Source: Raillietiella orientalis (lineage: Eukaryota). Taken from it: a stretch of 64,000 nt of DNA. This document shows, piece by piece, positions 12,414 through 26,100 of this stretch. The notes beneath the pieces are model-generated. The model made no database searches, was not told the DNA's origin, and worked only from the letters and a program-made list of their open reading frames with translations. A program made the translations under genes and the position numbers. How positions within the stretch are numbered: the first letter of the stretch is position 1; each line of letters starts with the position of its first letter. The stretch is from positions 3,224,001-3,288,000 of the forward strand of contig JAYWIR010000004.1 in assembly GCA_036172245.1 (NCBI GenBank). Direction: 5' to 3'.

Positions 12414-14336
12414 TTTCTTGGTTTTCATTTCCATTGCTTGAGATAAGGAATTGATGGTAGCCTCACGACCCTCGTCAAGAAGCACTGTTGCATTAAAAAA
12501 CGATGGTGATCACTCTTCAATAATTTTTGCACAGAACCTTTCATCTTTCTGCATAAGTATACGTCTAGATAAGATGTATGGGAAGTGAAAGCCCACATTT
12601 TTCGTATTAGCAAACTTGCTCCGGAGAGCATTTCATGAAAAGAGGTTGCTGGTGAAATCGTTATAACACGTTTTATATATGAGAACTGTTAGCAAATGTG
12701 ATATCATACAGAGTTTTCTGTGGCCTTCCTGGGAGTTTACCATTTACCACCCTCAATTCCAACAACGTTCACGTGTGGACACATGTAAAAAGCACCTTTG
12801 GAAGTGGGCTGTGGGCTGTATGTCCTTCCAAGCATGTAAGTAGACATTAAATCAAATTGCTTGTTAGACATTTTCGCACTTGAGGAGTGATGGAAGGAAA
12901 GGGTAATACGTCATTAGATGAATACAGATCTATTCAATCTCAACACTAGCGTTGAAAGTATAACGAATGAAAATGCTTCTTTCTAGTTAAAAATTCCTTT
13001 AATAACATTAATGGAGGCAACATTTGTTCCATAGGCTTATGAAATTAAAAATGGAAAAGTAAAACTACGAACTAAAACCAAAAACCTCTAATAGAAATGT
13101 GCATAAAAGGAAAAGATGAATTTGAGAAGCTTTATTTTCGTGATTTTTTGCAATCTTGACTATCATTCTGAAAATATAGTGCAATTGTATTGAAAAATTT
13201 GCTTATTTTCATCTCGATATCGAAAACACGATAGATAATAATTTTGCTTGGTGCCTTTTTTTTTTTTTTTTTCAATGCTCGTTTCCTAACTGTTTCCTGC
13301 ACCATTAGGATTACTTCGAGAATCACATAGGCATAACAGATTCACACATGAAAAACTGAGAACTAAGACAGCTCTCTATTGAATTGGAGAGATTCTCTGA
13401 AGAAATAACAAAAAAAGACAAACAAGCAAAACTTTTTTAAAATGCAGACAACACGATTTTACATCATAAAAAACCCTTGATGGACATCAGGACCGTCACT
13501 TCGAACGACGAGAATATATTAGGAGCTGATTCTAAGCATCCGTTACTGAAATGTGTTGCTGTTTTTAATCTGCTCCTGTCATTCTTGCTTTCCAGCATCC
13601 CTGCATCTTATTCGAGAGCTCGAATAGAAGGGGAACTCAGCCGGGTGTAGTACATTCTGAGTACATATGTATCTACATCTCTAGACTACAGCTTCCACAT
13701 TTCTCTGGACGTACGAGACTGCATTTGCATGCAGGAACATACATGCAGAGATGACTCAAGAAAACGTCTAATGAAACAAGAATACCGTGTGGTCACTGTT
13801 TTTCTTTTAGTTCACAAAATCGAATCCAGTTGAATGTATTTATGCTTTGTTTGGGTGTTCACTGCATGGGCGTGGCATTTGTTTATGCAAATATGGTAAT
13901 GTAAAGCGGATGAAAATGATGAGAAAAGCACTTCTAGATCCCGTGGAAATGAAAAGATATAAAGTGAGATGCTAGTTATCGAGCAGAAAGGCAAGATTTT
14001 ACGAAATTGCCTCTCGGGGACTTGGAATCTCTCCTTTAATGGATTACGAACAATTCTGAATTTGTAATTTATTTAAACATGGTGCAATTATTTGGGACCG
14101 GTCGAAATGACCGAAAGAATCCACTTGTTATTATGTGTAATTTGCACTCCCAATCTAAGTGTACCATGAGCTGCAATTCTCGTTCTACAGGAATACTTCA
14201 TAACATAATCGTTCACATATCGACCTCAAGAATGAACAAGCAGTAATAAGTAAATCCAAACATGTACGAATATAACTACTGCAACACATGTAGAGTTTTT
14301 ATTTTTTTCACAGATATTTTTTCTCAATTTGTTTGA

Positions 14337-14372
14337 TGTGTGTGTGTGTGTGCGTGCGTGTGCGCGTGTGTG
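14337..14372. repeat. Imperfect (TG)n microsatellite
   Basis: TG run with interspersed CG units, directly visible. Confidence 0.9.
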
Positions 14373-17300
14373 TTTTTTTGAATAACCTTTCACTTCAGGA
14401 AATGCTAGTTGTGCTTCAGTTCTTTGGTTCATCCAAAGAAGCCTTGAATGATATCGTAAAGAGAACAAAGATGTCTTTCCAGCTCGCCTTCTTCACCTCT
14501 GATGCTGTTGAACATTTCATACGTTGCGTCGACAACCGAATGAATGGAGTTGTTTGAACTGCCGTACTGTTCCATCACTGCCTCCTGGACTGAATCCATG
14601 CATTCCTGGAACTGATGAAAACCACGGTCTGGTGTCCCAGTTTGGGAGCTAACGCACTCACGTCAGCGTTCATTTTGTCTTGGACCTCCAACAAGAAACT
14701 TTCGTCATCGTGCCATTTGCAGTCAAGCTCGCGAGTAATGTCCTGAAGCCCCTTGGCCAGTTCTGATTCGCTTGTGGTAAGCAAAATTGTTGAATCGAGA
14801 GAGGAACAGCTATGAAAAAGACACAGGAAAAAAAAAAAAAAAAGAAAACAGTGCTGATTTGGATTTATGATTTTCAGTACGCTTTTTCGCTATGCAGAAC
14901 GAAAACCAAATGCAAGCATTCTTGTAATTCTTTTTCATAAACGTCGATTCGGCCGAGGCATTCTAAGCATGCTTGCACGCTTTGCTGGTTGGTTTGACGG
15001 ATCTTCTGGTAAATGGTCAGGTCACTGTTTTGAAACAGACGAAGTGTGTTCTCAATCTACGGAAGAAAGATACATGCGTGAGAGTTTTATGCCTTCCTTC
15101 CAAAAGTCAAATGTAAAACCTTTTGAGTCAAAAAACTATCTCGGGAAGCGACACTCCAAACATGAGAAGAATTCAAAGGAAGATTCTTTGAAAAGCAAAC
15201 TCGCTTATTGGAAGTGAAGAAGACCCTTCATAAAATGTGCATAATCATACTTGTTTTTCTTTTGAAGCTTATCTAGTGTAGGATTTTTTTTTTTTTTTAG
15301 GGCGTTTACGATTCGAGGTTTTCAAATTAAAAGGTAAAAAAATACGCATGCTCTTATATGGATTCTCTATCGAAGGATCTCTATTCTCTATCCGTAATTT
15401 TGCAGTACCACGTTCAAATGATCCAGCAGTGCATCTTCCGTGGCTACCTCGAATAGTTTCATGACGCTCCCTTCTAAACATACCATTCGTTACATACAAT
15501 AATTTCAAAGATGTACAAGAATCATTTTGATGTATTTATACAAAAGAAAAAGAAAAAGTACATAAGAATACGATGAAACTGATCCTGAAAAAGCTTTATT
15601 ATTTAGTCAAGCAAAAACAATTTTGCCACATACAATATGCAGTTTTTTTTTTTTTTTTTTAATGAAAAAAAAAAAAAAAGGTTGCAGATAAAATGCATCT
15701 TACAAAGATGTGAATTTCTTTGGAATTTCTCGATAAACGTCATTACATTTTCAAGTGAAAAACAAAATTCGGCTGAATTTATCGACTGATCAGCGTAGTA
15801 GAAATCACGCATCGCTCAGACACTTCCCTGACCAATAAACCAATGCAATTCTGTATCATTGATTTTTCGTTTTCCTCTGTCAAGGAAGGGCGATGTTCTT
15901 AAGAATTCCAGAGGAAAAAATCGGATGTCTGCTTGAGGACCCTTATCGGCAGCGTCACATAACTGTGATCAAAGTGCTGTGAACCCTTGAAAATTGCCTC
16001 AAGCAGTGTTTGATTACGAGGTGTTGGATACGTTGCAGATTGTCTCTTAGAAAACGCACCCCAGAACCTGCATTCTACATATGCACTTACACTTTAATAA
16101 ATAAGATCAACAAACAGGTAATGAACCTAGTTGTGCAACATGTGCATAAATAAAGCATATTATAATGAAGCATCCATGAACCATCCGTCACGGATACTTG
16201 GATCGGGAAAGATTCGTATGAATCCTCTTCCTTGAAATGGAGCTTCACCGACTGACCCGGACGACAGCACAAAAAGCGCCAGCTGCTCATGTGCAAAGAA
16301 CCTCTTCATCCATCTTCCTCTTCATCCATCCCATCTCGGAAACTTCCCAAGCACAAACTCCTGCTCCATATGCTTCGGAATCAGATTCAACTCTTCGAGT
16401 GGAAAGTGCCGGGTTTCTCGTGGTTCTCTTCAGGCTGATGCAGCTGCAGAGAGCCTGCAAGGCAGCCAAGGGATGTAAAGGTCTGAGTGACTCATAGTGT
16501 TTGCAGTTGTGAGTGAAGTGAGGCAAGTTTAGGTCTTGAGTTGGGAATCGGGTGGAGGTAACTCTCTCATTTTAGAATCCTCTCTTTCAATAAGAATTCC
16601 CAGCATTCGGTTCCTTCGCCGAGTCATATCAACATCCTGTATAATTTATTCGCTCAATCGCAGTTACAATATCATTTAAAGTCCTCTTTTACAATAGATG
16701 CTCTGACTGTCTGGATATGGTCCTTGAAAAGGCATGCTTAACGATTCTAACTGATGGGTAATTGGCGCCCTGGTGATTAAAATTTTCTACATTAGGAAAA
16801 TGACATCTTGGAACACTTTTTGCGATTTTTGTTTGTTTGTTTGTTTTTTTTCGAAAGAGAATTACCATCTTCAATATCATCTTATTGCTTGCGTGCTTCG
16901 TCGTCTTACAAACACACACAAACCAGTCCTCAAGATGCACCACTGAAGCTTCTCATTTCCCTGCGAGATGATAAGTCGAGTTCGCATCTTTCAGCATGGA
17001 TTTATTACCGCTCTTCTGCTGAACCACCGAGTGATGGGACTGCTCAAGAGCCAGTGGCTGCCTGGAAACCGCATCCTGATAACACCGGTGAGGGGTTCGA
17101 GTACCGAACATTTTCTCGGATGCTGCATCAAAAACACCCGTTTTCGAGGATACACAGTTAAATACTTTTTCCTCCCATATCGGAAGGAACAAAAAAAATT
17201 AAGAAAGAAAGCCTGTGCCTGAGAGCAAACTGTCGAGCTAAGCAACATGTCAAGGCAGCATCCCGGAATTGATTTCGCATAAAATCGAAACAGAACCAAA

Positions 17301-20300
17301 CTGTCACCTCTTTTATGTAAACATTTCAGAGTTACTGTGATAAAAAAAAAAAAACATTGGGATAGTTGAAACGGGGGGGGGGGGAGAAAAAAAAATTGCT
17401 GCATTGACCTGAGCTGCCAAACTTTCTCTCATCTTCTGCAGCCAAATGCCATCGCTTCCACGACGTTGATTGATTTCATCCAAGATAATCTCGAGATTCA
17501 CTTGCAAATCTTCCAAGGAACTTCCTGGAATCGTGCTTTCACACATAATGTATGTCGTTACTTGTTATGCTGTTCGTTGCAAAGAAAGAAAAAAAAAATC
17601 ACTGCAATCCAATAATCTTTTATAATGCATATCGAATGTTCAATACATTTCGAGCACGTGAACTCGGCTAATTACAGCCAAACATGGAGTGTTGCATCGC
17701 TCATGTCACCCAGACAGGATTACGAAACATTTTGGAAGAAAAAATGGTACCACCACACTGTAGGTAATATTTGAATTTCAAAATAGGCAGTCAACGGACA
17801 ACTTCTTTGCCTGTACAGATGTTGGGACAAATTCAAATAAAAGAAATCATTTGTGCACTCGTGACATTCAACACCATTTAAAAATTGAATTACTTAATGC
17901 GCATACGTGCAAAACTTCCCAACCGGTCTATATCACATAGAATATTGTGATATAGATGATAGAACAACCGTGTACTGTTCACGTTTTCCCTGACGATACA
18001 TCGTTGGATTCCGTGTACAAATCAGTTATGGAAAACCTCAACGCTGCGTTGACTGTTTTCAGATGTTTGCTGCTTATTTGCGTCAATAAATGCTGCATGC
18101 AAAACCTGAACTGAAATAAAAGCAAAACACGATTGAACATGATTGCATTCCTTTTGCTTTCCTCTCTTCCTGAGTACACTCAGATTTTTTTTCCTTCCCC
18201 CCTTTCTTTTGCAAACATCTGGACATATGCATCCTTTCGTTTAGAGGAATTTGGGCCACATCATTTGGTAATGAATGCTTTGGGGATATTGGACTGGAAA
18301 AAGAAAAGCAAAAATGATCGGCTTCTTTGAAACCTTTGAATTTTTATTCTTTCGCAGTGAAGGGGAATGCCTGAAGCATCATGAGATGTTTGTCAGAATG
18401 GGAAGTCTTGAGGCGAAAAAGTACAGCAATCTGTTGCCCCCGTTACTCGGCGAAATTTTCAAAGGTTGCTGGTCTTAGAAGTTCATCATCTCCAAATCTA
18501 GGATGCGTCTTTCGGAGGAAAAAAAAGGAAAAACCTCAAAGAAACAAATCTGGTTCTCACGAACCTGACGAATTTTTACGCTGTGTTAAGAATTCCGCAG
18601 AAATAGCTTGAGAGTGCTCTTGTAGCCTGATTTTCGATGTGCGAACCAGAAAGGGAACTCAAGAAGAAAGGTATGCAAAAAAGAAAAAGGAAGAAGGAAA
18701 GAAGGGAAAACAAAAGTAAACCCGAGAAGAACGTGAACTGGACTGATGCCACCATTCATATCTCACCTGTCAACTTGGTCGGAGAGGATTTCTAATTTCT
18801 TGAATAGGAATGGGGAAAAATAGATAAATAGTGGATGCAGATTTTTTTTTTTTTATTACTGACGTGTTTAGGGACTCCACACTACCTAGTGAGTGCAGAC
18901 GCACTATTGTGTTCTTCCTTATCGACAGCAGACCTTGGTTGATTAGTTCACTGTTTTACCATCTCGGGAGAGAAGGCCCCCAAGGTCTTACACCTAGGAT
19001 CGGTCCCGGACAGGCGGGTGATGGGAAGCGAAGCTCCGCTCTCTCTGAGGCAGTTGAATGGAAGAGGGGAGGCTCGTGCTGTCCTTGTGGGAGTTCCCGT
19101 ATCCCATCCTGACACCCACTGGATGACCCCGAGCTGCGCAACTCCTCGAGACATTTTCTCTTTGGCCACAGGCACTACCATGAAACGAGAGCGCCCCGCG
19201 AGTCCTTGGAGGAGGAGGGGATGAACGGGGAGCGGAGGGAAGCTCTGTCAGAGGTTATCTGGACTCTGGTTCAGTAACAGAGCCGCCTCCTCCCATTTCC
19301 AGTGGCTCACGATCGAGACCAGCGCCGGCACCAGGGGTCCCCGGTGCCGAAGCGTACTCGGATTGCCTTGCGCATCCCATGGGATATCCTGGAATCTGCG
19401 CCGTGCGGGACGCTGCGCGAGTTCCGCCGATCAGAAAGCCAGAGCGCCCTGGGCGTGCGGCTTGCGCCCTGCAACGCAGAGTATGGACTGCACGGGATTG
19501 GTGCAGATGCCACACGCACTTGTAGAGCCACAGCACCTGATCCTCCACTCCAGCGGGGATGGAGCTGTCTCCAGCCTCCAAGGCGAGATCGGCAGGAAGA
19601 CTTTCGCCTCCTCCCGACGCTTCCTGGCTCCCCGATTCTCCGTGGTCTTCTTGTGAGGCTGCTGGAGATGCTCCCAGTGGGAAGCAGCGTCCACGGCATC
19701 GATCACTTGAAAGCCTCAGTGGACGCTGGTGAGTTGAGAACATTACAGGGAGGAGGAGGCGATGCCGCTGGTGCTTCCCTCCCCCACTCTCCTTTTGCTT
19801 CAGCATCTTTTCCGAATTTCAGATACCAAGATCTCTTTCTTTTCGTCCTCGAGAGATTGCTTCCAGGGCCACTCGCGTAGACGGAGGAGAGGCTGCTGAG
19901 CTACAGCAGTCCTCCGGCTCTTGTCGGTCTCTCTCTGGCTCCTCCGAGAAGAACGCGAGCTAGGTCTCCAACTCCGTTGGCAACGAGGTAGAGGCACATC
20001 AGCATCCTCCTCTGTGGGAGGCGAGGAGGAGCTCAGAGCCAGGCAACACAATCCAGGGAGGGCGTCCCCAGCTTCTCGGTGAGGTCTCTTTCTTATTTCT
20101 TCGGTCTTCTTCCCATCTGCCATCCACCAGCTCCAGAACAGGAGAGAAGAGAGGGAAAGTGGCCGCTTCGACCCTCACACCGTCTGCAGCGAACCCACTA
20201 GAAATCGGCCTGTTCAATAAATCCGCCTGGTTGGACGGGCGGCTTCCTTCCTGGAGATTCGATCTCCCCCGGATGCTTTGGCAGGCCGCAAGAGGCGCCT

Positions 20301-21649
20301 CCCGCGGAGCGCGAAGGAAACGCGGCTTCGCTCGCATCCGGGGCGCGGGAACCATCTGCCGCCCCACGCCGCGGCGCGCCGTAGGCAGAATAAGGTTCCT
20401 CCGGAGACGACGACTCTGTGCTCGGTTTTGGAAGATGCGAAAGGTAGTGCGGGAAGGAAGGAGGAGAGGCCGCGAGGTAAGATGAAGGGGATAGGGGAGG
20501 GGAAGGGAGCCATAGGAAGTCGGAGGCAGGTTGCTCTGCGGCACTCGGCGATGGCCCTCTCGAGAGACCCGTAGCACCAGAGTAAGTGCTGCCGCAGTCC
20601 ACAGGGGCGCGGGGTTTGCAGCTCCCCTCAGAAGCCTGGGAGAGCGCATTTCGACGCAGGAAGCAGGGAACAAGGAAGGTAATGGAATCCGTGAAGAGAC
20701 GGAAAGGCCATCTTGCTCCCAGCTTGTCCGGGAAGGCTCAGGTCCAGCGACCTTTCGTGCTGAAGAAGGGATTCACCGAGAAGGTGACGTGCGCGCGCAG
20801 GCAGGGAAGATGAAGTATAGCTCGAGAACTTTCGTTACCGTGAGGGAAGGGGGGGGGGGGGAGAACGGCATCAGAAGCTCTTGGTTTGAAAGCTGCGGTC
20901 TCTGCTGTTGAGAGCGGCAGTCGACGTTTCCAAGTACTCGGAGGAGATGAAGGAGGAGTGGATGTGAGAATCACCGACTTGCAGATGGTTCTTCGTTTAG
21001 ATGAGCTCCCAGGAGCACTCCTTGCTAAGGGGGGAAGTTCATCTCTCACTTGCCTCCTGGAGTGGTGTCTCTGTCCGGGCTCGACCGCAGCTTCTCCAGA
21101 CCATTATCGGGTTTGGCGTTTCTCTTGGACGGGAATCAACCCCAAAGTCGTCGGGAACGGACCCGAGAGGAAACGCAGGATTTTTTGGGGGGGAGAGGGA
21201 GGGAGGAAGAATTTTTCCGATGTGGAGGGTAGGGTAGGGGAGGGAGTCCGATTGCAGACCCGGAGAACTCTGCGTCCTTGACTTCTGCGCGTGCTAATCG
21301 ACGCCTGGGAGGTGCCATCTGAAGGAAGCACCGAAAAACGGGCTGCCTGCTTGGAGAGGAGGAAGGGGGGGGGGAACCCTGACCCTGAGATCACGCCCCG
21401 CGGAGGAACCCTGCAGGCAAAGAATATTCAACACGGCGCTTGAGGGATGGAGGATGTTAAGAAAGGAGGAGGAGGAAGTTGCTTGTGGCGAAGAAATCAT
21501 CAGACGCGGCAGCGGCATTTCCGTCGCCTCGGGCTAACTGAGGTCCAGAAGGTCGTATGGTTCAGCTCTCGTCCTCCTCCTCCTTTTCCATCGCTGAAGA
21601 GAACCGGAGAGTCAGGGCATCCCTTCCTGGGGCAGGTGGCGCGCCGGAG

Positions 21650-22250
21650 GGGCGGCGTTCAAGGCGACAGTTCCGCACAGGGGCGGCGGTGCAGGGAGTT
21701 CGCAAAGAGCCTTTGGTTTCCCAGAGTGAGACTGAGGTCCCAGGGAGGAATCGCCGGACAGGCTCTGGTGAAGGTAGTGGGAACTGCCTGGAGAGACGAA
21801 GACTCTCCGGCTCCAGCTTCTGCCTTCCCTGGATATCGTGCCGTCCTCCGATCCTCTGTGGCTACCGGGAGGACAGGAAGAAACGCCACTCCAGGGCGGA
21901 GGTTGCCTGTCTCGGGAGACGTCCGCATCTCAGCATCTCTTGAGGAGGGAGAGGTCTTAGACTCGTACTCCTAAGAGCCGCCTGTGTGTCTCTCTGTGCC
22001 TCCAGGGCTCTAGAGCTTCTGCTGATGGTCGACGCGACCTCGGCTCGCACGAGCGTCGTTGAGGACCTCAGAAGTTCACTAGTTTACCAACTCTCATGAC
22101 TGCCGGAGGTTTAAACGCTCGCTGACCAGGGCATGTGGGAGACGAGTGGAGGGCAGGAGGGCGTCTTAGCGAGTGGTGAGCAGACTTTTTATCCGGGGAT
22201 GCGTGGTCATGAGCGCTGTGTGCCTTGCGGCAATCTGGGCAGTGCGAGCT
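21650..22250 (-). mobile_element. Possible highly decayed DIRS-like (tyrosine recombinase) retrotransposon fragment
   Basis: Minus-strand fragments in the expected order: RIPG*KV (RNase H HIPGxxN-like), EVASTISRSSRA, and PAIPPWDLSLTL (PxWDLxxVL-like). Motifs are short and weak. Confidence 0.25.
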
Positions 22251-23130
22251 TGTGGTCGAGTACTCCTCCTGGACTCAGGGAAGCTTCGAGGTCCTTTAAG
22301 GATGAAGAGGAGAAAAGGGTTATCTTGATGATGGCGGTGGTAGGAGCAAAGGGGAATTGGAGAGAAGGGGGAGGGAGAAGTGGGTGGAGCCCACGACGAC
22401 GCGTTGGCGCTTAGCTGGAGAACGTGCGGATGCGCGTCTCTGGTTATCTCTGCTCCCAGCTGCACCTCGAGGCTCCTGCAGCTTTCCTCCAACAGGAGGG
22501 AGCCCTCTATAGCCCGAATTGCTGCACCGACTTCGGGGCACGCCGTGATTTCCTTTCAGGTTCCCGAGGGACGGGTCGAGGCGTCTCGAAGAATCGGCGG
22601 AAGTAGTGCGATCGGAGGTTTGGGCTGGAAGCTAAGGGAAGGGAAGGAGGGAGAGGAGGAAGAGTCGGAGGTCTCCTCCCCCCCTTCTTTGTCCGTCGTG
22701 GACAGTGGGAGGATGCAGCCGAGTGCCGAGTTCGAACAGGGGAGGACGTGGTTTGCATCGTGGAAGGGGGAAAAGGGAAGAAGGCGGAAATGATCGGCAC
22801 CGCGCAAGACTCCCTTCCCTTCCTTCCCCAAATCCTGGAAACTCAAACTCATGTTGAGAAGTCTGTGTATGAATGATATAGATGAAGACATGATGCTGGG
22901 GGCGGTCCCCCGTGGTCCGGAGGGCGGGAGACGAACGGACGGAAACGCCTCTCGGCAAAGGAAACTCGCTCGCAGTCCGGTCGATGCTCCCGAATTCCTT
23001 TTTTTTTTTTTTCCTTTCAGCTCATCTGATCGGGAGTGGAGAGTTTCCCTCCCCCAGAAGCAGGAGCTCGTCCTGCAGGGGGAGGGAAAGGCGACTGTGC
23101 CGGGCCTCGGGGATGGGTCGCCGCCGCGGG

Positions 23131-26100
23131 CTACATGGCCGTGTTGTCGTAGCAGAAGTCGTCCTTGGACTTGTCCGGAGACTGCTTGACGCACTCGTCC
23201 GGAGGTCCCCAGTCGTCCTTCGGCAGGCACGATATCTTGATGTCCTTCATAAGGAACAGAGAGGATGCGTTGTCAGAGTGAGGGCCAGGGCTGCGGCCTT
23301 TCCCCTCTCCAGCATCTCGTTCCCAGGAAGGCGACTGCTCGTCCTTCGGTGCGTCTCCGTGGAGACGGGGGTTCCTACCGTCCCGCCAGCGTCCACCGAG
23401 GAGACCCCACCTCCCGTGCGCGCGCGCGAATCCGCAGGAAGGGGGAGAGAGGAGGGACTCCGAGTGGTGGGAGAGGATGAGGATGAGGACCATCAGAAGC
23501 AGCAGGGACCTCCCCTCTCCTGCGAGAGAGAGGTAGGAATGGGAGTCGCATACTCCCCGTGTCGATGTCAGGGGCATCCGATCCAGGGGGAGGGAGTCGT
23601 CCTTTCCTCCCTTTCCGCAGTTTCCTATGGGGCTGCCATCGAGGGCGCGTTGACCACAGCGACGCGCGACGCTGAGACTCTTCGCAGTTTCGGTGGCGGC
23701 TGGGGTGAGGAGGATGAAAGGAGAAGGGAAGGATAAGCGGACAACAGATGGGCCACGGAGACCTTGACCCCTGCGCGCGCGAACCGGTTGTTGCCGTCCC
23801 GAGCGAGAAGACCACGTTCCTCTCCCGGTCCTCGTGCGTTTTCGCCGCCTGTTCGCCTCGCGGACGACGACGGAAAAGGGCATAGGTGAAGCAAAATCGT
23901 CGCATGACCCGAGACCTCTTTTCCCGACCTCCCTCCCTCCCCTCACTGCGACCCACGACGTGATGAAGAGGACCACAAGCGCTGCATACGGGGCAGGAGA
24001 ATTCCACCCTCCCTCCCGTTTCTGGAGGGATGTTCGTGTGGGCGGGATCGGCGCCGCCACATCCGGGCCCACGAGGATGGGGAGAGGGCGGCTGCCCTCC
24101 GTTCCCTCTCCCTCTCGCCCCGGGAACCGGGTGACTGTGCATTGCCACGGAAGAGAAGACCGACCGGCTAGTAGAGACGCGACGGCCCCGGCCGCACCTC
24201 GGATCCGTTGCCTTGGAAACCTGTCCCGGCCGCGCTCGCTCGTGGAGGGAGAGCGGACGGCACTAAACGCCTGATTTCGTCCACCCGGGAGGGTCGCTTC
24301 CAAGAGTTGCTGCATCCGAGGGAGGCTCTCGCGCCCGAAGCTCCGAAGTCGCCATCCGACCCCCTCCTCGCCCTTTTCTCCCCTCCTCTTGTGTGGTTTC
24401 CGAGAGGACCTGTTCCGAGAGCCTTCCTCTCTACTCTTACCTCTTCATCTCTTTTCCTTTCGCGACGGTTGGGAGCGGAGGGAAGGCTGGAAAGGGCTGA
24501 TCAAGGCCTCCTTCCCGCTCACCCTTCCTCCCCATCTCAGGACGTTCGACCTTGGCAGCCGAGAGCTGAACTCCTTGACCAACAAGGGCGAGTATGAACA
24601 CTGCGTGAAGAACAGGTCCGATCGGGGGAGCCTCCGTCTTCCCCCAGGGCAGAGAAGGACAGTTGGACGCGGGGTCAAGCGACGGGACGGCATGCAGAAG
24701 GAGGAGAAGAGAAGCGACTGAGGACGAAAGGGACAGCTGGTTTCCCTCTCTCGAGGTTCGTGGGATCCCAGCTGGAGGAAAGGACCGAATATGCTGACCA
24801 GAGTTCCCCACAGTCCGGGGTGCAGAAGAAGGGTCGGCTACGTCCCCAAAAGAGAAGGTCCTACTTCCTCCTTGAGAAGGTTCGAGCGTAGCCCGCGGAG
24901 GTTCCCGCTGATCTGACAGGGAGAGAGAAAAGAAGATGGAAAGGTGGAAGCCCCAGGAACAGCGCCTGGAGGCAAGAAGGAAGCGATGGGGAAAATCGGG
25001 AAGATGTGAAGCGCGGATGGAGCGGACAGCTTCAATCTCAGCTCAAGCTCGGGACCCGAGAAGTCCCTTCTCCTCCCTCCCCACGCGCGCCGAAAGTGCG
25101 GCGAATGAGAACAGCAAAGTGAGCGCCTGCAGACTGTCCTCTGGCATGAGTAGAGCGGCTGGGCAAGACGGCTGGGTGTACGAAGCACAGGCGGCGGTGC
25201 AGGGTCTCAGTTCGGTCTCGTGAGAACCGGCACCCTCTCCCTCTTCCCAACCCCTTGCAGGCACATCGAGGGTTCACGCCTCGACATCTTTGCTGCTTCC
25301 GCACCACGAAAGCCGTGGAGCCACTACGACTGAAAAACGAGGCGACACTTCCCTTCCTCCCCTTCCCCTTTTCAAAAGCGCGTGCGCGCGCGCGTTCACT
25401 CCAGAATCATGCGGGACGCATCGCGGGCCAAGGTGAACGATGGCTCCAACTGCAGCGCTGGCGGCTGCCGAGGGTAGTCGACTTTCTTCAAATCGAATCC
25501 CCAGGGACCTACACGATGACACCTAAAGGCCTCGTCCCAGGGCCTGCTGCTCCGAGCGCAAGGAGCGAGGGAAGTAAAGCGCAGGAGGGAGGGAGGTGGC
25601 GGGGCGTGGGTCGCAACAACCCGCCGGGAGGATCAGATACTTGCCCCGGTTCTGCAATTCTTATACAGGACAACTAAGGCCCATATAGGTATCATGATGA
25701 CCTCTACTGTGACCAACAGCCATCCGATCATGTGCGCCCATGGCGGGTACTCGATGCCCCCGTAGGTGGGGGGTTTCCAGTACAGGAACGAGATAACGAG
25801 CACTATCTGAAACGATGCGTGTGGTGCCATGGAGGCTGCTTGCTTCGTACCATTATTCCCAAGGGAGTGATGACAGACCAGCAGAATCTCCAGTACCAAC
25901 CCGGTCTGAACCGGAGCATCAGATGAAGGTCGTCGCAGAAGCGGTTTGCTCCATACACCCAGCTAATTGTGGAAGCTTCGAAAACTGCTATTAACATAAT
26001 TGTGACACCCCCTCCGTAGGTATCCATTATATCCATGACAAACTGCCCACCCTTAACGAAAGACAACAAGAATCAGCAAAACAAGCCCGACAGCAACAGT

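Larger units (their letters stand above)
9481..17546 (-). pseudogene. CCDC180: CCDC180/CFAP76-like coiled-coil gene (DUF4455/DUF4456 family), apparently disabled; outer limits approximate
   Basis: Three phase-consistent exons (15056-14881, 14809-14662, 14605-14429; introns 71 and 56 nt) translate to ...LECLGRIDVYEKELQECLHLV...DECMDSVQEAVMEQYG...HLCSLYDIIQG. This matches my recollection of vertebrate CCDC180 (CxxRIxxxYEKxxQECL). Other collinear fragments: IQTVRASIDVDMTRRRNRMLGIL (~16720-16590), LNLIPKHMEQEF..RWDG* (16390-16322), VRRIRDAIY (~9780-9750), HFLDRWCILAEKVKSVF (~9560-9510). In-frame stops at 16322, 15388 and 14429. Confidence 0.6.

Noticed and set aside
15643..15679. T18-AATG-A15 fold-back
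   Set aside because: Homopolymer runs are common throughout this region; adjacency is probably chance.
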